Assembly (NCBI GenBank): GCA_000934665.2
Contig: KZ538487.1
Coordinates: 46,807-66,806, forward strand
Source: Catajapyx aquilonaris
Lineage: Eukaryota
DNA length: 20,000 nucleotides
Reading direction: 5' to 3'
Shown piece after piece: positions 1-8,995 of this stretch. The first letter of the stretch is position 1. Each line of letters begins with the position of its first letter. The notes beneath the pieces are model-generated. The model was not told where the DNA came from. It saw only the letters and a program-made list of their open reading frames with translations, and ran no database searches. The position numbers and the translations under genes were made by a program.

Positions 1-554
1 CTTATATGAAAGGGAAAATCATCAGTGCCAATATGATTTTTCTGAAATGTCCCAAGATGATCATCGCCGCGCAAGGATTATAATGAAGATGTAATTTGAA
101 TAAAATTACTCACAATATTATAGTCACGAATTTCAGATTATTAATCTAATCCCATTTATTCCAGGAGAAAGATAACGACTCGTGGTTTTTCAAATATCAC
201 CAATCTTGCCCTTATTGTCAGCTCAGGGTTTGAGAAGTAGGCTAATAACTCATGAAGTCGTGAAAGTCGGCCCTCGGAAAATGTCAGAAATTAAGAGTAA
301 AAATAACCATTTTAGTGAATGTTTAGGTGGTTTTGTTCAGTGAAAGATGGCTACAGCTGGAGGTATAGCTCTTCCCCCACCTGACGCGCTTTGCCCTTGG
401 CTGGACCAAATAGGCTACAGTGTGTACGTATGTGCTATACTCCTCTCTGCGTCCATTCCTTACTTTGCAGTCCTCAATCGATATACCTCCACCAGTCTAT
501 TTAGAACTGGGTTTCTCCAACTGTAAGGATTTCATTGCTTTCGGATTGGATCCG

Positions 555-850
555 GACAGAGATTTGAAACGGGGGAGGCGAATTGAAAGGAGCCATGGCG
601 TCTTTGGAAAGCAACAAGTTGCACTTGGATGGGCTACCTCCATTGTCCCTCGCCGGAACTGCTGTTTATTTGCATCTGGTGGACTTTGGCGCAGTCTATG
701 CTGTCTGACACCCAACACTATTATTTGCACCTTTTTTCGGAGTGCGAGATCAGTATAACACATATTGACAAGCGTTTTATGTCGTTCCTTGATAACTAGT
801 CCTGAGCACGTGGGCAAGAATTTATCATATGCAGGACTGGATTCATGCTA
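555..850 (+). mobile_element. Heavily degraded non-LTR retrotransposon ORF2 (RT-proximal) fragment
   Basis: Frameshifted pieces in the expected order: ELKGAMASLESNKLHLDGLP (cf. KAPGxDG motif, about 580-639), ILTSVLCR (762-785, cf. YKILxxxLxxRL) and TGFM (836-847, cf. QxGF). Confidence 0.35.
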
Positions 851-1586
851 GTTGCTGATGATAACACTGATTACTACGCCTACGCAGTGATCTAAATTGT
901 TTATTATAGGCCTACAGGGTAGCGCATTTCTTAATTATTCCATAGTCCAAGAAGAGGGAAAGAAAAATAATTATTCATTGGTTCACCTGAATGCACCCTG
1001 ATTGTTGCTTCCTACGGGTTGCTTCTTATGGGGTAAACAATCTACTTCTTTCCCTTGGACAATGCACTGAGTCAATTTCATGTTTGAAAATAACAAGTAC
1101 TGGCTGGCCTACTTCTAATGTGTGAGTCCACAATATTGCATGTGCAATCCCGAAATAATGATGGAGACCCACTGGGGATGGAGTTCTAACGAGTTCACTG
1201 TAAAATCGCTGTTGTCTGAGCTCCAAAGCTATTGTGCAGTATAGGAAGTCATTATAGCGATGTTTACTCTACCACATACACTACTATAACATAGCCGCAT
1301 TACACTAGAGGCATCCCCAATATTATTTTATAATGAACTACGTATACATGACTTGGAACTCCTTCATCATTATGCTGTAGACTGTATATTATAGGGCATT
1401 AATAATAATGTATGTGGTAAATATTTTTCACCTTGGAAGTGCTGCTCGTACTTGGAAAGGATATTTGGTGCACGAGCTACTTAAAGAAGTGGGAGATATC
1501 AGGTCGTTATCATGAAATCTTAGCTTAAAAGTATTTTCACTGAAGCATATAAGAAGTAAACATCAGGTTCTTCCAAAAATTGCGGC

Positions 1587-1587
<1 letters not shown>

Positions 1588-1668
<81 letters not shown>
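1588..1668. repeat. (TAA)27 microsatellite
   Basis: Uninterrupted trinucleotide run. Confidence 0.97.
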
Positions 1669-1670
<2 letters not shown>

Positions 1671-3199
1671 GTGAGCTGCGTCCAGTGATAACAGAATTAA
1701 TCTTTTGTGGAAAGTATTTATTTACTTGAGTAGCAGTGCTGTATCTTACCTATTTGAGAAATGTGGCGGGTCGAATTAATATATACCGTAAGCCTAATGT
1801 TGAAGGCCATCTTATACTCGAAGACAACATTGGAAACCTGATATCTCGTGATATAAATCAACCAATAAGGACCACACAATCCCTATACCAGCAGCCGCCA
1901 TGAAGGAATGGTAGATTTAGAACATGTAGCCAGGAGAGATGATGTAATGTTACCTGCTCTCATGTTAGTCTTCAGCTACCGTATACACTATACTATAAAA
2001 GTGACAAAACTCTAGGTATTCACTGATCCGATGAAGACCTGAAGGGCGCAGAACTGTTGCTGTTGGAGGCACACTGAGTTCGTCGAAATTACATCAGGCT
2101 TTGAATAAGATGGATCTTGATTCGTGCTTTTGATGGTCAAGTAGGTTTTACAACAGAGCAACGATATACAAGTATTACACTCCCATAGCGGAGAGATGTT
2201 TGAAAAATAACCTTCATAAAGGAAATGCAATCTTCAAATCAATATTAGTATAGGCTATATAACTTAGCTGAAAATTTTCACCAATTTCACTATGCAACAC
2301 GATATTTATCCATGGAAATTCATCGCTATTCCCATGTTCCTTAGGTCACTAGTACCTCATAATGACCATTTATTTTGTCTGAAATTTGTTTTTGACCTTG
2401 GGGCAGTCAAAAAACTGAATTCCTCGAAATCGTCATTCCGAATCAAGTGGGCCGAAATGTTGTTCGACCATCTCGGAATTTGCTAAGATAAATCACAGCT
2501 GTACACACTTATGCCATAACGCTGCATATAAAGTTTCAGTCATATTGCACAATACCGTGGGGGGCGGGGGGAATTTCGATATTTTGGAAAGGGCTAAAAA
2601 TGATACCTTTTTTGTATAATTTTTTTTCCAGTTAACGAAAGTGTGTGTGGTCAAATGAAAGAGAAACATGAGGAGAATGCGCCTATTGAATTAGTTTTCT
2701 TCTAAAAATGTATAACTTAAAAAGTGTCAATATATTGGCGGCATACCGTATGTGACATATTTCGCCAATTGCATTCAACGCAAAAAGAAGAAATTCTACC
2801 CGACATCAGATGCCATTCATGCAAATGAACAAATCCCTCCCGGCACTTTGTTACGCAATGATAAGCACTGTACTCCCATGGAAACAATTCGCCTATTCTC
2901 ACTCAGCATGCAACACTTTTTACCGCATTTGTGTTGCGGAAGGCGTGTCTTTCCAAGTGCCATCGGCCACGTCAAAAAATCGCACGCTACCTATTGGAGC
3001 AACATTTGGCACGCACAATACGCAACTATGATAAACAACCTTTTTTTTGTATCTCGCAACATAATTATAAACATGTTTATCGAGTCCACACATGATAAAT
3101 ACGTGGTAGACAACCATGTTGCGTGATATGTGAAGTGCAACAGGTTCAATCAATTGCGGTCAAGACGCCACCAAGAAAGGCAGGGGGGGAGGGGGGGGG

Positions 3200-3292
3200 N
3201 NNNNNNNNNNNNNNNNNNNNNNNNNNNNNNNNNNNNNNNNNNNNNNNNNNNNNNNNNNNNNNNNNNNNNNNNNNNNNNNNNNNNNNNNNNNN
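3200..3292. other. Assembly gap (93 N) between a poly-G and a poly-C tract
   Basis: Run of Ns preceded by a G-run and followed by a C-run. Confidence 0.98.
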
Positions 3293-3879
3293 CCCCCCCC
3301 CCCCCCCAGTATATATACACGTATATAAATTATACCGTGTACTCGTGTAGTTTGCGATCAACTGAATTGTTGAAGTTGACAATTCTACCTATAGTTGATA
3401 TTGCAAACACGAAACACTGCACTGCATTAGTATAGTAGTAGTAGTCAAGAGTTATACTGTAGTGTGAGTTAAATTAGGATTAACTTGGACCACTTCGTAT
3501 ACTGTACTGACAGGCTCTAATTGCGTTATGGATATGTAATAAGGGGAGAAGAATTTTGCAGTAGGGGTTTGCAAATTACAAGTGTTGCTCTGGATAGCTT
3601 GCTGTTTCCGCTATGGCAATTACACAGAACCTCTTCGCCAATCTCTATACAGCTCAGAGATAAGTACAGTTATTTCAGACGCACGAACTTTTTTTTGACG
3701 GGATACTGCTAATAAATTTTTTCCTGTGGCTAATTAGATTTGATAATTTTTTGCAATTAAGAAATTAAACCACGGAGAGCGTTCATTTGGCGTAATGTGT
3801 ATTATTAACGTACCGGTACTGTAGATGTGAAGAAGTGCGGAGTCGATTTATTCTGCCTAGTTCGTCAATACTGCCTATA

Positions 3880-4304
3880 CAGGGTGTATCTGAACTCAGT
3901 GCCCCGACGTATATGACTGCCTTCCTAGACACCAGAGGATCGATTTAAGTATAGGAGTCATTATGTCTGGGCAGCCTCATTACTGAGATAATTGGCCGCA
4001 AACATGTAGTACACAATATCCTGTCGGTTAGGCCACCCATCGAACCCTCCCCCAGTCAGAAGCCTCTGGAAGGTCTGGGGGCGGGACTTTGTTGGTTTGT
4101 TGCCCACAGGTGGTAAGGCCTCTTTGGCTAGTTACACCAGAAAATTCTATTTAAAAGTCAGAAGGAGAGATTAGGCAAAAATCGCTAAAGAGTGTATCTC
4201 AGTAATGAGGCTGCCCAGACACATGACTCCTATACTTAAATCGATCCTCTGGTGGCTAGGAAGGCAGTCATATACGTCGGGGCACTGAGTTCAGATACAC
4301 CCTG
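3880..4304. mobile_element. Tc1/mariner-superfamily MITE, 425 bp, ~110-bp TIRs, TA TSD
   Basis: TA|CAGGGTGTATCTGAACTCAGTGCCCCGACG... (3880-3990) is the near-perfect reverse complement of 4195-4304 (...CGTCGGGGCACTGAGTTCAGATACACCCTG|TA). No ORF inside. Confidence 0.92.
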
Positions 4305-4308
4305 TATA

Positions 4309-4345
4309 CGAGGGCAAGTCAAAAAGTAACCTTAAAATGGCAGTA
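4309..4345 (+). mobile_element. Possible orphan mariner-type terminus abutting the 3880-4304 MITE
   Basis: TA|CGAGGGCAAGTCAAAAAGT resembles CGAGGG-type mariner ends. No partner TIR found. Confidence 0.3.
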
Positions 4346-4732
4346 TAAAACCAACATAGCGTAGTAGACCATTTTACATATTATATTATATTATATATTT
4401 TAATGCATTCGTCAATAAATTAACCCACTGTTCGGGTGTTGATGAGAGGCGTTATCATACGTCATGCATTTGACAGAAAGTATCTAGGAATTTAATGTAA
4501 TGTAATGTAATATTATCCAATGTGGTTTCAGTTGGAGATGGTTCTAAAAATATGATTTTTGGAGACTTCAGAGAATGATCATATAATGTGACCAAGAGAC
4601 AGAAATAATTTTACAGGTTCGTTCGCTCGGAACAATTCGCATACCTATGGATTATTTGCTGTCAAGCTAGGATGATCAACATTCCAAATAGTTTATTATT
4701 ATACCAAATGCAACTAATAAAATAAGAAAATA

Positions 4733-5094
4733 CAGTGGAGCATCGATTATCCGAACCCCTATCAACCGAACGTTTTCGGGTCGGCAAAAAAAAGAGAAAA
4801 AAGCGCGATTTAGCCACCAAAAAACGAGCCTCGGCTCTCAAGCAAAAGAAATTGGCCTTTCCCCCCCTAAACTGTAGGACTGCTTCATGTAAGGACAGTA
4901 AGGTATATGTACAGTATTTTAAGACGTGCCTGTGACAGAAAATATACAGTTTTGTGGTTAATACCACTGTTTCTTAGTTTCATATTGCTCCTATGACACC
5001 GGTACAATTTTTTTCCGTAAATGATCGGTTATCCGAACAATCAGTTATCTGAACACCCCCTTGGCAGACTGTTCGGATAATCGATGCTCCACTG
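4733..5094. mobile_element. pogo/Tigger-like MITE, 362 bp, perfect 24-bp TIRs, TA TSD
   Basis: TA|CAGTGGAGCATCGATTATCCGAAC (4733-4756) and GTTCGGATAATCGATGCTCCACTG|TA (5071-5094). Subterminal TTATCYGAAC copies at about 5029-5054. Confidence 0.92.
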
Positions 5095-6001
5095 TACCTA
5101 GATTATATCGGCGATGCTGTTTCATTGCATCGTTTTATCTCCATCATGGAAGGCATGCATCAAAATAGCATATAACTTCGGTTAAAATTTGACGTTCATT
5201 CCATTGATTAGCGAACTGCTGGTATCGGTATATACTGTACTACAGGCAACAGACGATGCTGTCATTATAATATGACCCTTTTGTTCGTTACGGAGAGTTT
5301 ACCGCATCTTGCGGCATGAATAAATAAATAAATAATGCAATATAGCCCTATAATATGTATAGGCTATTATACTGCACTGATACAAGGAATATATTTTATA
5401 GACTCTGTTTTCCTAAAGTCTATAAGCGTGCATCCTATGATTAAAACAATATATTTATTTTTACAGCCGGTTTAATGAGAGGGAATTTGTATTATGTTTA
5501 TGCGCATAAATTCCTCGATAAACGTTACACATTCGCAGGGCTTTTTTCTGCCCAGGTTGATGGTCAGATAAGGGGTACAGTACGAGGGCAAGGTGATGGA
5601 TCATAATTATTCACCTCTTAAGGTTAGTCACATTCGAACTCCAGTCTATCGACTCGGCACAACGCTTCCTTTACATAATATTTACATGCCGACCCGACTC
5701 TGTTTACATAGCCATTAGTGAATAATTCATCAATTGTCCTCTCGGACAGAGAAACACCCTGTAAAGCGGTTTTTGCTTTAAACAATCAAATATATGTCAA
5801 TTTACATACTGACAAAATTTCACTATTAGCCCCTATTGTACTTTTCGTAAAGTTATTTTTGCTGTAATATGTTTTACCCCAGGACACAAATGTGAGATAG
5901 GTCACATAATATCAATGTTTATGTCGATATCTGCTGGTCTTGAATGTAGAAACGTAAGAATGTGCCATTGATAAGCGGTGTAGTAGCCCTTAGAGAACCC
6001 G

Positions 6002-6004
<3 letters not shown>

Positions 6005-6033
<29 letters not shown>
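6005..6033. repeat. Poly-A tract (29 nt)
   Basis: Homopolymer run; no TSD identified. Confidence 0.9.
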
Positions 6034-6036
<3 letters not shown>

Positions 6037-6872
6037 CTGCATATGACGGGGAGTGACCTTGACGTTTATCTGCGCAAGCTTACTAACATGGGGCCTTTTC
6101 TATTCACATGCAAGCGTAGAGCTATCAAGGGCATGATTACATCATTGGCCAAGATTGAAAGCACAATAACCCTGAAAGAGAAATCCCACTAGACTGATGA
6201 AAATTAACGCGTCGCGAAATACTTGGTTAATATCTTCCGATATTATTAAAGTTCATAAGTGAAGAAGCCATGGCTTGAAATGTTTCATGACATCCAGCCA
6301 TGATGTAACTCTTGTAACTCGTCACGTTTACATGCGAATTGCGGTTAAGTAATTTATTTAATCGTGTTAGGCATTAAAATAATGACTAGTTATTGCAAAT
6401 TGGTCGTGAGATGATGCAGTTTACAGCCTTATAAGTTTCCATCATCTGACTATTCCATGGTTGTCACTTCTGTGAAGGCCTACGTGACAGTTCTTCTACA
6501 CGTACTAACTTGTAATAGAGCACTGCACATTTTTTAAATCGAACTTTTTCAGCTCTCAATTTGGCTGCATAAGCGCAGTACAGCAATAACTTTTCTTCTT
6601 AATTTTACTTAATTTATCACTCAAATATTACAAATTCCTTACAAATGATTATAGAGAACCCTATCTGCGAATTTCCTCAAGGTAATCAAGTACTGGTGCC
6701 GATTCGGTTGCAGCGTCCTTCGCAAGCGGTCAACTGGATTAATGACCTTTGGTTTTTATATCACCGTTTATGCAACAGAGTACTGTGCCATGACCGTGAA
6801 AAGAATGCTTTCTAAAAGCGATAAGCTGGATACAAACATGCACTCCTACTGACGACCAATAACATCACCTAC

Positions 6873-7045
6873 CCCTGGCATAATGACTCTCTCCAAATCA
6901 GCCCAAACCCTTTCCCAGGGTTCTCCTTCTTCGGGGGCACTTGGGGGTACCAGTGTCCTCATGTACCCGGGTTGAACAGCAGGGAAGACCCGTCGGGATC
7001 GGATTCCCTGCAGATAGTCGGCTATGAAGTCCACTACATCTTTAC
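6873..7045 (-). CDS. Hdc: Histidine decarboxylase (PLP-dependent group II decarboxylase), coding exon 2
   Basis: Acceptor ...tactctacag|GT AAA GAT; donor ATG CCA GGG|gtaggt. Translation: (G)KDVVDFIADYLQGIRSRRVFPAVQPGYMRTLVPPSAPEEGEPWERVWADLERVIMPG. The motifs RRVFP, PGYMR and SAPxEGEPW fit Hdc better than Ddc (RRVLP, PGYL, APEKPE) or Tdc (RRVTP). Exons 1+2 total 201 nt = 67 codons. Confidence 0.9.
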
Positions 7046-8808
7046 CTGTAGAGTAACGAACGTGCAACATTATTATTGAAGCAACTGGTCGTTCATGAAT
7101 AAGGAGGGTATTGTTTGCTGCGAAGAGATGTGTTACAATTGCAAAGTGTCCCGACAGAACCGGTGAGAAATATCTATGCATTGAGGTTGCCCAATGTTGC
7201 ATCGCATGCTGATTGATACCATCAGTGAATAGCTTACTTTATGAAGAAATCGTTCCGGCAATAATAATATTACAAACATTACAAAATTATAAGTAGATAA
7301 TCTGTTCTAAAAGACTTTTTGATATAATGTCAGGTTAAGTTGTTACCGTTACGAGGTATAGGAAGTAAGCCGCTTTCACATAAAATCAGCTAATAAAGTT
7401 TTCAGGGCCAATAAAATGTTGGGAAAAAAACTCATCCGTTAAGAAGGTTCAACGCTACATCTTTCTGGGGACGATCCCTATAATAATAAAAACCTTCTTT
7501 GGCTTGTTATTTTGTTTGGAATCTGTTTTGGTTTACCCTCGAAAATTCGATCAGTAGCCTACGCCTACTAGAGTACTGAATCATAATTATGCATTTGATA
7601 AAATGTGCCTGTTTTTTTCTGCGCCAGTTTTATCAGCAGCCCTTTGTAGCCGCACATTGGAGAAGTCCGTATAGTCCAACTTTACTTTCTACTAATTTAT
7701 TGTAGTGCCTTGTCGGGAGAGACAGGTAAACCCGCAAACTAGATCTGGCAGGTTTCAAATTTTCTTTTGATTCCCACTCAGTTTGACACCGGAATATAAT
7801 GAAAAACGTTGTCTCCCGTAACGTAGGCTGCGTTGCGTAATAACAGCCTGTCTTACAGCTTTGCATTTAAAAAATTGAGAAACGAGTTTTCGACTTACAC
7901 TCTTATTTTGCACTACAGCTAAAACATCTTATAACTATTAAGTGATTGATATATTTACTACAACAATGGGTTCAAAAGTCTCGTATCATACCCATTTGTG
8001 CCTTTCCGTCGCATTCCGTCGTCTACTGATTGTCTTTCTGCTTAGAACATATAGTTTCAGAATACACTATTGAATACCTATTGGCATTAGGTATTTGACC
8101 TTGACTGATGTCGGATCGGTACAGCATTCCTGTATGCAATCTTAAAAGAGACGGTGGAGATCCTTTGTGTAGATTGCTATGTTAATAGGACTATGTACGG
8201 TAGCCTACAGTAGACGCACATGTGGTCAGCTTACGAAAGAGTGCAGATACCTCCATAGGTTCTGGCAACTTCCAAGATACATTCGTATTGTAATAGGTTA
8301 GGAACATGCACATTTCTAGCAATCACTTGTTCAGCAGCCAATTAACCTGCCGATAAGAACTAGTCTTATCTATACTAAGGAACAGGATATGCGTAGAGGA
8401 TATGCTAACGTACTAATGTTAGTATTTCAATGACAATACCTGGCGTAAGCATTATAGGTCTATTATTTATAGACATTTACAATACATAATTTAGAAGCCA
8501 TTTCTCATTTTTCTTGTGGTGCTTATAAAGTTCTGACCTGGTGCTATGAGTATCTAACCAACATGTAGACTATAGGTCTAATAAAATTTAGATACTTGTC
8601 TATATTTGCAAGAGGCTAAAATTTGAAACAAGGAATCAAACCTCCCTCATTACGCCGCAGTTTTCTAAGAATAAAACTGGTAAAGTAACGCGGAAATAAT
8701 TAAATTAATTGAAAATCTACAAAATGTCCTTCAAAATTCTGCAAATTATACCTGGCAATTTTTATGAATTCCAAGTAATGAAACAACAATTCGTGCTTCG
8801 AATCTCAC
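7046..8808 (-). other. Hdc: Hdc intron 1 (GT-AG, 1763 bp, phase 1)
   Basis: Starts gtgag and ends ctacag on the minus strand; the split Gly codon G|GT restores the frame. Confidence 0.85.
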
Positions 8809-8836
8809 CTCTTCGGCGGTACTCTTCGGCGTCCAT
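8809..8836 (-). CDS. Hdc: Histidine decarboxylase, coding exon 1 (MDAEEYRRR-G, 28 nt, phase-1 donor)
   Basis: Minus strand reads agagccATG GAC GCC GAA GAG TAC CGC CGA AGA G|gtgagat: good start context and canonical GT donor. It joins in frame to the 6873-7045 exon and resembles the insect Hdc N-terminus as I recall it (MDxxEYRxRGKEMVDYIADY). Confidence 0.88.
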
Positions 8837-8859
8837 GGCTCTAAAGATGCTGTTCTCGA

Positions 8860-8910
8860 GGAAGAAGGAAGGAAGGAAGGAAGGAAGGAAGGAAAAGAGA
8901 AAGGAAGGAA
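8860..8910. repeat. (GAAG)n/(TTCC)n simple repeat in the putative Hdc 5' UTR
   Basis: ggaagaaggaaggaaggaagg...aaggaaggaa lies between the TATA box and the ATG. Confidence 0.85.
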
Positions 8911-8949
8911 TCCGGGCACCAGGGCTTGTTCGGGGCCTCCCTCGCGCCC

Positions 8950-8995
8950 TTTTTATACGGGCTCCAATGCAAGTCTCCTATTGGTGGTGACGTCA
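8950..8995 (-). promoter_or_regulatory. Putative Hdc core/proximal promoter: TATA box, two CCAAT boxes, CRE
   Basis: TATAAAAA on the minus strand at 8957-8950 in GC-rich flanks, about 115 bp upstream of the ATG. CCAAT at 8964-8968 (+) and 8984-8980 (-). Perfect palindromic CRE TGACGTCA at 8988-8995. Confidence 0.65.

Noticed and set aside
1160..1189. DGDPLGMEF as the LINE RT QGDPL motif
   Set aside because: The spacing from the 555-850 relic is plausible, but the intervening DNA matches a different repeat and no YADD-like motif follows.
3123..3435. ORFs spanning the N gap
   Set aside because: Open only because of Ns and homopolymers.
4662..4967. Lys-rich and Phe-rich ORFs
   Set aside because: They overlap the A-rich interior of a non-autonomous MITE and have no transposase motifs.
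5962..6192. Poly-Lys ORF or retrocopy tail
   Set aside because: Produced by a 29-nt poly-A run; no TSD or recognisable upstream body.
6873..7045. Calling the gene Ddc or Tdc
   Set aside because: EYRRRG, RRVFP, GYMR and EGEPW fit Hdc better. Only 67 residues are visible, so some uncertainty remains.
6846..7202. 118-aa ORF as a complete gene
   Set aside because: Only 6873-7045 is decarboxylase-like and bounded by AG/GT; the rest is intron read-through.
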